A stretch of 30,647 nucleotides of DNA from Bdellovibrionales bacterium (GTDB lineage: Bacteria; Bdellovibrionota; Bdellovibrionia; Bdellovibrionales; UBA1609). Below, in pieces: positions 8,488-18,542 of the stretch; the stretch's first letter is position 1, and the number at the start of each line of letters is the position of its first letter. The stretch lies in the NCBI GenBank assembly GCA_050246815.1, contig JBFWVI010000038.1, forward strand, positions 1 through 30,647. Direction: 5' to 3'. Both the position numbers and the translations under genes were made by a program. The notes beneath the pieces were generated by a model. The model made no database searches and was not told the DNA's origin. It was given only the letters and a program-made list of their open reading frames with translations.

Positions 8488-10833
8488 CTAAAACGGAGCA
8501 CCAATGGCAAACTGAAAATTCACCGCACCTTCGTTAAAGCGATCTTGTCGATCAATCGGGAAGCCCCATTCAAAGCGCAAAGGCCCGATCGGCGAAAACC
8601 AACGAAAGCCAAAACCTACGTCACTGCGGAAATTAGTCAGTTTCAGCTGATTGTCCGCGTCACCGATGTCGTAAAAGACCACACCTTTGATACCGGCCTC
8701 ATCGATCATCGGGAACTGGAATTCCAGGTTGTAATAAAATTGCTGCGTGCCGCCAAACGGGCGCAAGGCCGCGTTATACTGAGCCTCGCCAGTCAAGCCT
8801 TGGGCAAATGCCGCATTGTAGGCCCGATTCGAAAACTTTCTTCGTCCAATCGAAAACCAGTCATAACCACGTAAACTGTTGGCGCCACCAAGCAAAAATA
8901 ATTCGTTAAACGGCGGCGGCTTCGAGGGATCGTTCGAGGAAATAAATCCATAAGCGATATTGTTACGCCACACGACATCCCAAAAGGCTTTTTTGTAGTA
9001 GCGCAAATTTGCATAACCTTTGGTGTACTTCTTATCCCCGCCAAGCCCCGCGTACTCAAGCGACACACTGCTATAAAGACCTTTACTCGGCGTGAAACGG
9101 TCATCACGTTTGTCGTATTCAAGCGTGAATGTCGCCGAACTGGTGATGCCATTGGCCGTATTGACCGGGAACAGATCCGGATCGCCAAGATCGGTCAGGC
9201 GCAAATCGGTGTCATCAAGTTTGTAGCGTATAAAACCATCCAAATAGGGGGCCAAAGGATGACCGATACGGACCGCACCGCCCTTTTTGGTCTCGCTGTA
9301 TTCGGACAATTGGCGCTTGCTTTGATAGATGTCGTAGCCCGTCGACCACTCGGTGTCGTTAAAATAAGGCTCCGTGAAAGAAAGTTTGAATAGCGATTGG
9401 GCCTTCGAGATGTCCACGGAGGCGCCGAGCTTTTGCCCCTTGCCTGACAAGTTGATTTGGTTGACTTGGCCGTTCAAGACGAATTTTTGATAGCTAGAAT
9501 AGCCCGCGCCAACCTGGATGGTTCCGGTGTTGCGCTCTTTGACTACAATGTCGTAGTCAATCACATCGTTTTTACCCTTGGGCGTTTTGACATTGAAGTT
9601 GACCTCGTCGAAATAGCCCAGACGCTTAACATTGTCGAAAGATTCGCGCTTTCGAGTCTCGTTGTAGAGCTCACCCTCACGGATGCGCAGTTCACGACGG
9701 ATCACCTTGTCGCGGGTTTTCGTATTACCAAGCATATTGATACGGCCAATATAGACCTTGTTGCCTTTGTCGATTTCAAAGGTGATATCGACTTCTTTGT
9801 CTTGTTCTCGCACGCGAGTGCGCGGAATCACGTTGGCAAAAGCGTAACCCAAATCCCCGTATTTGGCTTGAACGTCGCGCAAATCACTTTGCAAGGTTTC
9901 ATAGCGAAACAAACCCGACTCATCGATTTGGGCCGTTTCAAGCAACTCTTGATTAGAAAAAAGAAGGTCGCCGGCAAAGTCGACCGTGCCCACTTGAAAC
10001 TGCTCACCTTCTTCAATCTTAATGGTGATGTAGATACCGGTTTTATCAGGCGTGACGTAAACTTGCGGACGATCAACTTTGACCTGAACGTAACCTTCGT
10101 TGAAGTAAAGAAAATTCAGCATTTGAACGTCGCGATCAAAGGCCTCTTGCTTATAGGCGCCAGATCCCGACAAGAAACTGAAAAAACCACCCTCTTGAGT
10201 CAGCATGGCACCCTTGAGCTTGCCGCTGGGCACTCGCGAGTTGCCCAAGAAGGTGATGCGCTTCACCTTCACTTTGTCATTTTCTTGCACGTTCACATGA
10301 ACAATCACTTGATCCGCGGACGCGGCAGGCACGGCTTTGGTGGAAACCTTGGCCAAAAAGAAACCTTTGTCCTCGTATGTTTTTTCAATTTTTTCGACAG
10401 CTTCAGTCAATTTGGTTTGGTCTAAGAGTTCGTAAGCCTTAAGCCCTGCGGCCTCTTTGATTTCATCGTCGGTTAACTCTTCGTTGCCGTTGTAATGGAT
10501 TTCGGCAATAGACGGCTTTTCAGTCACCAAATAGGTCAGGTTGACCTTGCCACCTTGATCTTCGCGATCCACTTGCACGTCGTAAAAATAACCCAGGTTG
10601 AAAAGATCCAAAACGTCTTGGCGGATCGCCGCATCTGAAAACGGCTGGCCTTCTTTACTGGTTAACTTCGAACGAATGGCATCGGCTTCGATCTTTTTTT
10701 GACCCTTGATCTGAATCTTGCCTATAACCGCAGCGGAAGTTGCTTTTTTTGCGCTATTTGCCGCAGGGCGTGCCTGGGCCACAGCATCCGCGCAGAGAAG
10801 GGTCAAAATGAGGCCGACAAAGAGTCGCTTCAA
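8488..10833 (-). CDS. bamA: Outer membrane protein assembly factor BamA
   Basis: POTRA repeats (GNTKTRDKVIRRE), LRGY loop motif, RWFSPIGPLRFEWG, C-terminal Phe; TTG start. Confidence 0.97.
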   Translation of the reverse strand: MKRLFVGLILTLLCADAVAQARPAANSAKKATSAAVIGKIQIKGQKKIEADAIRSKLTSKEGQPFSDAAIRQDVLDLFNLGYFYDVQVDREDQGGKVNLTYLVTEKPSIAEIHYNGNEELTDDEIKEAAGLKAYELLDQTKLTEAVEKIEKTYEDKGFFLAKVSTKAVPAASADQVIVHVNVQENDKVKVKRITFLGNSRVPSGKLKGAMLTQEGGFFSFLSGSGAYKQEAFDRDVQMLNFLYFNEGYVQVKVDRPQVYVTPDKTGIYITIKIEEGEQFQVGTVDFAGDLLFSNQELLETAQIDESGLFRYETLQSDLRDVQAKYGDLGYAFANVIPRTRVREQDKEVDITFEIDKGNKVYIGRINMLGNTKTRDKVIRRELRIREGELYNETRKRESFDNVKRLGYFDEVNFNVKTPKGKNDVIDYDIVVKERNTGTIQVGAGYSSYQKFVLNGQVNQINLSGKGQKLGASVDISKAQSLFKLSFTEPYFNDTEWSTGYDIYQSKRQLSEYSETKKGGAVRIGHPLAPYLDGFIRYKLDDTDLRLTDLGDPDLFPVNTANGITSSATFTLEYDKRDDRFTPSKGLYSSVSLEYAGLGGDKKYTKGYANLRYYKKAFWDVVWRNNIAYGFISSNDPSKPPPFNELFLLGGANSLRGYDWFSIGRRKFSNRAYNAAFAQGLTGEAQYNAALRPFGGTQQFYYNLEFQFPMIDEAGIKGVVFYDIGDADNQLKLTNFRSDVGFGFRWFSPIGPLRFEWGFPIDRQDRFNEGAVNFQFAIGAPF

Positions 10834-10906
10834 GGATGAAATTCCCTAGTGTTTTTAGGTACTTAACAATTCAACCCGAGTAGCGTAACGTGAAAGCTGA
10901 AAGATG

Positions 10907-11578
10907 TCAAAAGTTGCTCGCCCACAAACCGTCCGCCATGCGCAGCTGGCGGCTAAAACGGCTGGCAAAAACGGTGTCATGGGTCACCGCGACGACCGCC
11001 AATTTCAAGTCGCGTTTCAAATCAAAAAATAGATCCTGGATCAGTTTGGCATTTTGCGTGTCTAAATTGCCGGTGGGTTCATCCGCCAGCAACATCGTAG
11101 GCCCACATATCAAGGCCCGGGCAATGGCCACCCGCTGCTGTTCGCCGCCACTCATCTCGGAAGGATAGTGCTGTGCCCGCGAAGTCAAACCAAGCTGTCC
11201 AAGCAGTTTCTCGGCCTTTTGACGACACTCACGAGCATCCATGCCCCCGATACGACCGGGCATCATCACATTCTCTAGAGCCGTGAACTCACTCAAGAGA
11301 TAGTGAAACTGAAAGACAAAACCAAGATTTCGGTTACGAAACTGCGCCAAAGCTTCGTCCGATTTGCCGATCAGCTCTTCACCGCGGAAAAGCAACTGCC
11401 CACCGCTTGGACGATCCAAAGTCCCTAAAATATGCAAAAAAGTACTCTTGCCCGCGCCCGAAGGCCCCAAAATGCAGACGTCATCGCCTTCGCCAAGCTC
11501 GAGGCTTAAACCCTTCAGGATCTTGAGCTCGCGGCCACCTTGTTCATAAGATTTGCTGATCATTCGCGCTGAAAGCAT
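10907..11578 (-). CDS. lolD: Lipoprotein-releasing ABC transporter ATP-binding protein LolD
   Basis: [41 protein letters not shown]. Start moved to ATG 11578, just after the permease stop. Confidence 0.92.
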   Translation of the reverse strand: MLSARMISKSYEQGGRELKILKGLSLELGEGDDVCILGPSGAGKSTFLHILGTLDRPSGGQLLFRGEELIGKSDEALAQFRNRNLGFVFQFHYLLSEFTALENVMMPGRIGGMDARECRQKAEKLLGQLGLTSRAQHYPSEMSGGEQQRVAIARALICGPTMLLADEPTGNLDTQNAKLIQDLFFDLKRDLKLAVVAVTHDTVFASRFSRQLRMADGLWASNF

Positions 11579-11580
11579 GG

Positions 11581-12798
11581 TTACTCGTACCTCAATCCTT
11601 CGACCGGGGGAAGTGCGGCGCCTCGCCGCGCTGGGCCCAAAGTGGCCAAAAACGAAATGACCCATGAGGCCCCTAAGATCGCCATCAAATCCCAAAACCT
11701 CAGCTCGATTGTAATGCGATCCAATTTGTAAACTTCGGCGGGCATCAAGGACCAATAGTTTTGTACCCACATAAACAGGCCACAGGCCAAAAGTCCCAAC
11801 AGCACACCCAAAATTGAGCCGATCACACCAATCATCACTCCCTGGGCAGCGAACACCCGAATGATCAGACCTTTGCTTGCACCCATGGATTTCAAAATGC
11901 TGATATCGCGAAAGCGTCTAATCACGCTTACAAAAAGAGTGCTGCAAATGTTGAAAGCCGCCGCCACCACGATCACCAAAAGCACAAAAAAGATCACCGG
12001 TTTTTCATACTCAATGGCGTGAAACAAATTGCGATTCACCGCGTACCAATTGCGCACATCGTAGCGCGAGCGAAAGCGCTCGTTCAGCTCTGGGCCCAGC
12101 GTCAAAGCAAGATCATCATTTTTCAGTCGAAAGCGGTAGCCCGACACCTGCTGGCCGATCTGGGCGAAATTTTGTGCGGTCGCCAAATCGGTCAGTAGAT
12201 AGCGTTCGTCAAAGTCGTGGCGACCCATATCCAAAATTCCGGCTACAAAAAAGCGCGACACCCGCGGTTTTACACGCCCCTGGTCATTGCGCGCCGAAGC
12301 AGGCAGCACCACACGAAATTGATCCCCCACCTTCAGGCTGTGTTTGCGGGCCAAACCCTTGCCAATCAAGGCGGCCGAGGCGTCATCTTGGCGGCGTAGG
12401 TTGAATTCCCCAGCCGCTAAGCGGCTTTTCAAATTCAGAACCTGATGCACGGTGGCTTCATCTACGCCCTCCACCGCCACACCGGAAAGTTTACCTTGAT
12501 GGGCCAAAACAGCCTCTAAAAAGACATAAGGCGTATAGGCTGTAAAATCACGAACGCTTGAGAGCATCTCTTTAAACAGCTGGGGATCTTCGGGCCCGCT
12601 GGTACGAGCCACCACCAAGTGGCCGGTGACATCAATCACCGTGCGTTTCAAAGTGGATTCGTATCCGCTGACCACGGCCATGGCGACAACCAAAGACCCA
12701 ACACCGATCACCATGCCCACTATGCTCAGGGTGGTCGACAGGTTCATCAGCCCCCGCCCTGCCTTTAAATAACGCCAAGCCAGATAATTGGCGGTCAT
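11581..12798 (-). CDS. Lipoprotein-releasing ABC transporter permease (LolC/E family)
   Basis: MacB/FtsX-type topology; VAAAFNI, DISILKSMGAS, PARRGA-x-LPPVEGLRYE; adjacent to lolD. Only one permease gene is present. Confidence 0.9.
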   Translation of the reverse strand: MTANYLAWRYLKAGRGLMNLSTTLSIVGMVIGVGSLVVAMAVVSGYESTLKRTVIDVTGHLVVARTSGPEDPQLFKEMLSSVRDFTAYTPYVFLEAVLAHQGKLSGVAVEGVDEATVHQVLNLKSRLAAGEFNLRRQDDASAALIGKGLARKHSLKVGDQFRVVLPASARNDQGRVKPRVSRFFVAGILDMGRHDFDERYLLTDLATAQNFAQIGQQVSGYRFRLKNDDLALTLGPELNERFRSRYDVRNWYAVNRNLFHAIEYEKPVIFFVLLVIVVAAAFNICSTLFVSVIRRFRDISILKSMGASKGLIIRVFAAQGVMIGVIGSILGVLLGLLACGLFMWVQNYWSLMPAEVYKLDRITIELRFWDLMAILGASWVISFLATLGPARRGAALPPVEGLRYE

Positions 12799-13926
12799 TC
12801 AGGAGCCTTGCCGGTCAAGGCCCGCTGCTTTAAGAAGGCCTGAATAAAGTTGTCCAGCTTTCCATCTAAAACTTGCTGCGGATTCATCGACTCAAAATCG
12901 GTGCGATGATCCTTAACCAACTGGTATGGGTGCAAAACATAGCTACGGATTTGACTGCCCCATTCGTTGGCCTTCTTTCCGGCCGACATTTCGTCCAGCT
13001 TTTGCTGACGCTTTTCCATTTCTTTTTCATACAAGGCCGCTTTCAACATCTTCATCGCTTTGTCGCGGTTGGAGTGCTGGCTGCGCTCGGCTTGGCACTG
13101 CACGATGATTCCCGAGGGAATATGAGTCATACGCACGGCAGAATCGGTTTTGTTCACATGCTGCCCACCGGCACCGCTGGCGCGGTAAGTGTCCACCTTC
13201 AAGTCTTCTTCGCGGACCTCAATGTTGATGTCATCGTCGATCTCGGGCCAGCAGTACACCGAGGCAAAACTGGTGTGACGGCGCGCATTCGAATCGTAGG
13301 GGCTGATCCGCACCAAACGATGCACACCATTTTCAGCCTTCAAGTTGCCGTAAGCGAAAGGACCGTCGATGCGAATCGTTGCCGACTTAATGCCCGCCGC
13401 CTCACCTTCAGACAAAGACATGGTTTCAAGCTTATAGCCTTGGTCTTCGGCGTAACGGATGTACATGCGCAACAACATCTGGGCCCAGTCTTGGGCCTCC
13501 GTGCCACCCGCGCCCGCATTCACACTCAAGTAAGTCGAATTGCCATCCAGCTCGCCGTTGAGTAAACTTTTTAATTCCAAATCTGTGGCACGTGCCAGCA
13601 ATGCGGCCACTTCGCTGCGGACCTCGTTGAACGTGCCTTCATCTTCGGCTTCAGCGGCCATGTCCAACAGCACCCCGGCATCGTCCACCCGACGCGATAA
13701 ATCCCGCCAGTCGTCCACCGACTTGCTCAACAGGGTCTTCTCTTTGTTGATCTTTTGCATTTCCTGGTGATTGTTCCAGGTTTGCGGGTCTTGGGCCTTG
13801 GATTCTAGCTCTTCGAGTCGTTTAGCTTTGACATCGATGTCAAAGATACCTCCGCAGTTCGTCGGCTTTGACGCGCAGTTGGGCAATCTGCGCACGGGTA
13901 TCTGAAAGTTGTGTGACCAAAGACAT
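12795..13926 (-). CDS. prfB: Peptide chain release factor 2, two frames joined by a +1 programmed frameshift (about 376 aa)
   Basis: True start is ATG 13926 (AGAGGA upstream): MSLVTQLSDTRAQIAQLRVKADELRRYL, then CTT TGA C, continuing in the +1 frame as DIDVKAKR... Contains GVHRLVRISPYD, GAGGQ, WGSQIRSY. Confidence 0.97.
13839..13853 (-). promoter_or_regulatory. prfB autoregulatory +1 frameshift cassette: internal Shine-Dalgarno GGAGG, 3-nt spacer, CTTTGAC
   Basis: Minus strand reads GGAGG TAT CTT TGA C, the established RF2 frameshift architecture. Confidence 0.96.
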
Positions 13927-13955
13927 CGCGATCCTCTTTGGCCCTAACCTAACAA

Positions 13956-14411
13956 TCAACCGGGGCTATGTAAACGCTGAAGCTTGCTAAATATGCGGTC
14001 TTGAAGCCGAAGCATGCGGCGCGCCTGGGCTTTTGAACCCTCATGATCGTACCCCAACAGGTGCAGCAGACCATGCAAAACCATATAGGCCAATTCGGCA
14101 CGAAAACTTAAATCGTGGTCACGGGCCTGGCGCACAAGGACCTCGGGACAAATCACCAGATCACCCAAGGACTCTTGGCCGTCACCGGCGAAGCTCAACA
14201 CATCGGTGGCGTAGTCTCTTTTACGATATTCGCGGTTTAGCCGACGAGCTCGGGGCTCATTCAAAAAAGCCAGGGTCATTTGCAGTTTTTTTTTGCTGAG
14301 GCGCTTGCGGTCCGCGGCGGGCAATTCACAAGTGACCGCCTTCATCCAGCTTTGCATGAATTGCCGCGGCAGGGGCCGCTTGCTCTCGTTGACGAATAGC
14401 AATTCGATCAT
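13956..14411 (-). CDS. ybeY: rRNA maturation endoribonuclease YbeY
   Basis: LNREYRKRDYATDVLSF, LGDLVI, HGLLHLLGYDH. Confidence 0.97.
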   Translation of the reverse strand: MIELLFVNESKRPLPRQFMQSWMKAVTCELPAADRKRLSKKKLQMTLAFLNEPRARRLNREYRKRDYATDVLSFAGDGQESLGDLVICPEVLVRQARDHDLSFRAELAYMVLHGLLHLLGYDHEGSKAQARRMLRLQDRIFSKLQRLHSPG

Positions 14412-16849
14412 GCGCCCGAAGTTCCGCGGCGCTCGCCCTTGGGTTTCAGGGCGGGACGTGTTGCCGAATATTTCATGGGGTAATCGACGCGTTGGTGATA
14501 AACACCCAAAAGCACACGTTTGTAGGCCGCCTCGATCACAGTCAGGTCTTTAAGCGTCAGGTTGCACTCTTCCAGCTGTCCGTCCAAAAATTTGTTTTGA
14601 ATGACGTTTTTTACGATGTTCTGCAAGCGCCCCGCAGTGGGATCTTCAAGCGAGCGCGCTGCGGCCTCGATACTGTCGGCCAACATCACCAAAGCGGCTT
14701 CACGAAACTGAGGCTTGGGGCCTGGGTAACGGAAATCTTCCTCGTTGACTTGATGAATGTCGACGTCTTGGCCCTCTAAAGCCTTGTTATAGAAAAACGA
14801 AATCAAAGTGGTGCCGTGATGCTGCAAGATTCCGTCGATGATCGGCTTGCCCAAGCGATGCGCATAACCCATCTCGGCGCCATCTTTGACGTGAGCAATC
14901 AACACGGTTTTGCTCATGTTGGGCGAGATATGATCGTGGGGGTTATGACCGGGTCGCTGATTTTCAATGAAGTACTGCGCATGTTCGATTTTACCGATGT
15001 CGTGGTAATAGGCCATCACCTTGGCCAGCAAGGGATTTGCGCCGATCTCTTCGGCAGCGGCCTCGCACATACTGCCCACCACCAGACTGTGATGATAGGT
15101 GCCTGGCGCTTTCACGATCATCTCTTTCATCAAGGGGTGATTTAGGCTGGCCAGCTCAAGCAGCTTCAAATCCGTGGTGTAGTTGAACCAGGTCTCAAGC
15201 ATGGGCACAAAACCCATGGTCAAAACGGCCGCCAATAATCCGGCCACAAAACCCGCCGGCACGTTCCAGATCAAAGCACGCAAAAGTTCGGGGTCATTCA
15301 GATGCTGCAACAACGTCACCAAAAAAATCACCAGTGCGTTGACCAAACCAACACGAATACCGGCGCGATAAATGCCTCCCCGCTGATTGCAACCAAACAC
15401 GCCGCGCCCCGCCGCCACACCACCAATCATCGTCACCAAAAGAAAACCAAAATTCATCTCAAGCATGGTCGCCAGCACTGTGGCTAAAAACACCGTGAAT
15501 AGCCACACCACTTCACCTGAAACAATCAGCATGCCCACCAGCATGGGGCCAGCCGCCACCGGCGCCAAATAAAGCATCGCCGACTGCGGAATGGCTCCGC
15601 CACCCAATTTCATCACGATGGTTTGATCCGCTAAAAGCACGAAGACTTTGGTGATCAAAGTGATCAGCACCGTTACCGCGCCCATGGCCAACAGATCTTT
15701 GTTGGGCACCGAACGCCGACTGGGACTAAAGCGCCGTAAATACGACAGCAGCACCAACGCCAGGGTCAAAAATAAAAGAGCGGCCGCAAAGGCCACCAAA
15801 CCGCTGCTACGGGCCGAGTTGAGATCTTCGATCTCGTTGATAATCGCCATGTGGATCGGCTGAATGATTTGGCCTTCCGAAACAATAATCTGACTTTTTT
15901 GAATACGACGCTGGACTGGCAAAACGCCGTCACGAGCCTTGCGCCGACGCTCATCGGTTTCTTTGAGATTGAAAGTCAAGTTTGGCTTTAAAAGCAACTG
16001 TGCCAAAATCAAAGTGTTGCGCTGATCTTTTTGTTGCAATGAATCTGCACCACGCACTTCATTTAAATCGAAGTTGCGAATGGCACTCATCTCTTGCAGG
16101 TCCTCACGGCGCAACGTAAATTCTTCGCTCGTGCCACCGCCGCCCTTGACCTCGCGCACGATCACTTCTTGGTTGGCTTCGCGTAAATGCACACCCACAT
16201 TTTCCACAAGGTGCAGCGCCGACCACTTCGCCAAAGTGCGTATCAATACGTTTTCAAGCCGCGCCGAAAAACGCTTTTCCACCAACCACTCGTATAGACG
16301 TGAAGGCACTTCATGTCCCAGCTCTTTTTCAAAGGCCGCCTGATTCACCATGAAGTCCTTCACCGCCTCTTCAAGCTGATGGGGGCTGGTGGGCCACACT
16401 GTGGAGCGGGCCAAACGGCGCATCTGTAAGAACGCGCGGTAAACGTTATCGTAAACATGTTCGTACGCGTTGGGATCAAAATCGAAAACGGGTGGAACGG
16501 TGGCCTCGGCCTCGCGACGTTTTTCTTCTGTGGCCACCTGGTCGATCAATTCCAAATTCACGGGCGACTTGATATCGGTGGCGGCCACGCTCCCCTGACG
16601 CACATTGTAGGTGAAGTCGATCTCGCTAAAGATCAACGATGATAGCATTATGCAGTACACACCCATAAAAGCCACGCGGCGCAGATTCAGGCGCTCATCA
16701 ACCCACTTTAAAATTTGTCCGGGGATGGTTTGCTCGAAACCAAGGCTGTTGACCCATTCTAAAAAGCGGCGCGAATGATCAGCGTACTTCGATCGGTGAT
16801 GAATCTCGTGTTTGTCGCCCTTACGGGTCCATTCCTTGATTTTGTTCAT
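14408..16849 (-). CDS. Membrane 7TM-HD phosphohydrolase (PgpH-like)
   Basis: N-terminal TM, large extracytoplasmic domain, about 7 TM helices, then APGTYHHS, YYHDIGK, FIENQ, QHHGT, FRYPGPKP, MLADSIEAA; 4-nt overlap with ybeY. Confidence 0.92.
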   Translation of the reverse strand: MNKIKEWTRKGDKHEIHHRSKYADHSRRFLEWVNSLGFEQTIPGQILKWVDERLNLRRVAFMGVYCIMLSSLIFSEIDFTYNVRQGSVAATDIKSPVNLELIDQVATEEKRREAEATVPPVFDFDPNAYEHVYDNVYRAFLQMRRLARSTVWPTSPHQLEEAVKDFMVNQAAFEKELGHEVPSRLYEWLVEKRFSARLENVLIRTLAKWSALHLVENVGVHLREANQEVIVREVKGGGGTSEEFTLRREDLQEMSAIRNFDLNEVRGADSLQQKDQRNTLILAQLLLKPNLTFNLKETDERRRKARDGVLPVQRRIQKSQIIVSEGQIIQPIHMAIINEIEDLNSARSSGLVAFAAALLFLTLALVLLSYLRRFSPSRRSVPNKDLLAMGAVTVLITLITKVFVLLADQTIVMKLGGGAIPQSAMLYLAPVAAGPMLVGMLIVSGEVVWLFTVFLATVLATMLEMNFGFLLVTMIGGVAAGRGVFGCNQRGGIYRAGIRVGLVNALVIFLVTLLQHLNDPELLRALIWNVPAGFVAGLLAAVLTMGFVPMLETWFNYTTDLKLLELASLNHPLMKEMIVKAPGTYHHSLVVGSMCEAAAEEIGANPLLAKVMAYYHDIGKIEHAQYFIENQRPGHNPHDHISPNMSKTVLIAHVKDGAEMGYAHRLGKPIIDGILQHHGTTLISFFYNKALEGQDVDIHQVNEEDFRYPGPKPQFREAALVMLADSIEAAARSLEDPTAGRLQNIVKNVIQNKFLDGQLEECNLTLKDLTVIEAAYKRVLLGVYHQRVDYPMKYSATRPALKPKGERRGTSGA

Positions 16850-16952
16850 GCGCCTTCTATATTATGATCGGCATTTTTGCTGTGCGCCCCTTGAGCCTTG
16901 TGTTAATTAGGCACATTCTAGACAAAATGCCAGACCAAAGGAGTCGAGCCCC

Positions 16953-17747
16953 ATGCCTCAACCGCCCAAGAATCTACGCCATTTTTCTAGTCTGGTCGAG
17001 GTGGTTACCGCGCTGCGCGGCCCCGAGGGCTGCCCTTGGGATAAAGAGCAAACTCACCAAACCTTAACCCGCTACGCGATTGAGGAGGCTGCAGAGCTGT
17101 CCGAGGCCCTTGACAGCGGCGACCCCGAGGCGATTCGCGAGGAATTAGGCGATGTGTTGCTGCAAGTGGTGCTGAACGCCGAAATCGCTCGTCAAACTGG
17201 CACCTTCAACATCGAAGACGTCATTGAAACTTTAAACCGTAAGATGATCCACCGTCATCCCCACGTTTTCGCGACCACCAAGGTCGACGGCGCGGCCCAA
17301 GTGGTCAGCAACTGGCATCAACTAAAAGCTCAGGAAAAGAAGGACAAGCCTCTTTCAGGAGGGCTGCCTGCGGCACTGCCCGCTCTGCTGGCCAGCCAAA
17401 AAATAGGTGAAAAAACCAAAGCCTATCGCTTTGACTGGGCACGTCTTGAAGACGTGGTCGCCAAAGTGGAGGAAGAGCTGGCCGAGCTCAAAGACGCGCT
17501 GACCCACCAAGATAAAGGTGCGCAAATGCGTGAGCTGGGCGATCTGCTTTTTTCATTGGCACAGCTGGCCCGCCACATGGGTGGCGACAGCGAACAAGCC
17601 CTGCGTCAAACCAATCTGCGTTTTGAAAAACGATTTTTAAAAATGTTCGAACTTTTAAAGACCTCGGGCCTTGACCCCGCCAAGGCCAGCGCGGAACAGT
17701 TAGAACGGCACTGGCAACTGGCCAAACAAAATGAGGCAAAGGATTAG
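16953..17747 (+). CDS. mazG: Nucleoside triphosphate pyrophosphohydrolase MazG
   Basis: GCPWDKEQT, EELGDVLLQV, RHPHVF, and a second domain with KVEEELAEL and ELGDLLF. Confidence 0.95.
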   Translation: MPQPPKNLRHFSSLVEVVTALRGPEGCPWDKEQTHQTLTRYAIEEAAELSEALDSGDPEAIREELGDVLLQVVLNAEIARQTGTFNIEDVIETLNRKMIHRHPHVFATTKVDGAAQVVSNWHQLKAQEKKDKPLSGGLPAALPALLASQKIGEKTKAYRFDWARLEDVVAKVEEELAELKDALTHQDKGAQMRELGDLLFSLAQLARHMGGDSEQALRQTNLRFEKRFLKMFELLKTSGLDPAKASAEQLERHWQLAKQNEAKD

Positions 17748-17750
17748 AAT

Positions 17751-18515
17751 ATGAAGTGGACTTTGATCACCGGCGCCAGCAGCGGCATCGGTTTAGCCTG
17801 CGCCGAAGTTTTGGCGCGTGAACAAAAGCCCGTGTGGCTTTTGGCCCGAAGGGGCGATCGCCTAAAAGATTTGGCCGCCAAATTTGATAAGCGCGACGTC
17901 GAAGTGAAAATCAATGTCTTGGATGTACGAAATCCCGAAGCCGTCAGTCAATTCGCGGCTCAAGAAAAAACTCATCTCGAGCAAGTGGAAACCCTGATCA
18001 ACAATGCCGGCTTGGCCCGCGGGGTTGCCCCCATCCAAAGCGGCCGCTTTGAAGACTGGCAAGAGATGATCGAAACCAATGTCATGGGGCTTTTGCGCCT
18101 GACCCAATTGGTGCTGCCCAAAATGTGCGAACGAAAAGCCGGCCATATCGTCAACATCGGCTCTGTCGCCGGTCGCTGGGGCTATCCCGGCGGCAATGTG
18201 TACTCTGCCAGCAAAAGTGCGGTTCATATGCTCAGCGAGTCCATGCGTCTTGATCTTTTGGGCACGGGAGTGCGCGTCAGTGAAATTTTACCCGGTATGG
18301 TCGAAACCGAATTTAGCCTGGTTCGACTGCAAGATGAGGCTCGGGCCAAGGCCATTTACAGCGGCCTTAAGCCGCTAAGTGCTGAAGATGTGGCGCAAGC
18401 TGTGGTTTGGTGCATGAGCCGACCAGCCCATGTGAACATCCAAGAAGTGGTGATTTACCCCACCGCTCAGGCCGCCCCGGGACATGTGCACCGTAAAAAT
18501 ATGACAGTGCCCTAA
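17751..18515 (+). CDS. SDR family NAD(P)-dependent oxidoreductase (YdfG-like)
   Basis: TGASSGIG, NNAG, YSASK catalytic motif, PGMVETEFS, RPAHVNI. Confidence 0.92.
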   Translation: MKWTLITGASSGIGLACAEVLAREQKPVWLLARRGDRLKDLAAKFDKRDVEVKINVLDVRNPEAVSQFAAQEKTHLEQVETLINNAGLARGVAPIQSGRFEDWQEMIETNVMGLLRLTQLVLPKMCERKAGHIVNIGSVAGRWGYPGGNVYSASKSAVHMLSESMRLDLLGTGVRVSEILPGMVETEFSLVRLQDEARAKAIYSGLKPLSAEDVAQAVVWCMSRPAHVNIQEVVIYPTAQAAPGHVHRKNMTVP

Positions 18516-18542
18516 ATCGAATAAAACGGCATATAGTGGCCT

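Noticed and set aside
9457..10425. 322-aa plus-strand ORF
   Set aside because: Lies wholly antisense to bamA with no recognisable motifs; a typical shadow ORF.
13296..13306. RF2 recognition tripeptide reads SPY rather than SPF
   Set aside because: A conservative variant seen in other bacterial RF2 proteins; not evidence of altered stop-codon use. Genes here end in TAA, TAG and TGA normally.
12873..13565. 230-aa plus-strand ORF, and similar short antisense ORFs across the core region
   Set aside because: Antisense to prfB or other well-supported genes, with no independent evidence.
13843..13895. Track N-terminus MRRLPNCASKPTNCGGIF for prfB, or a pseudogene call
   Set aside because: An artefact of the programmed frameshift; the real start is 13926 and the frameshift itself is well known.
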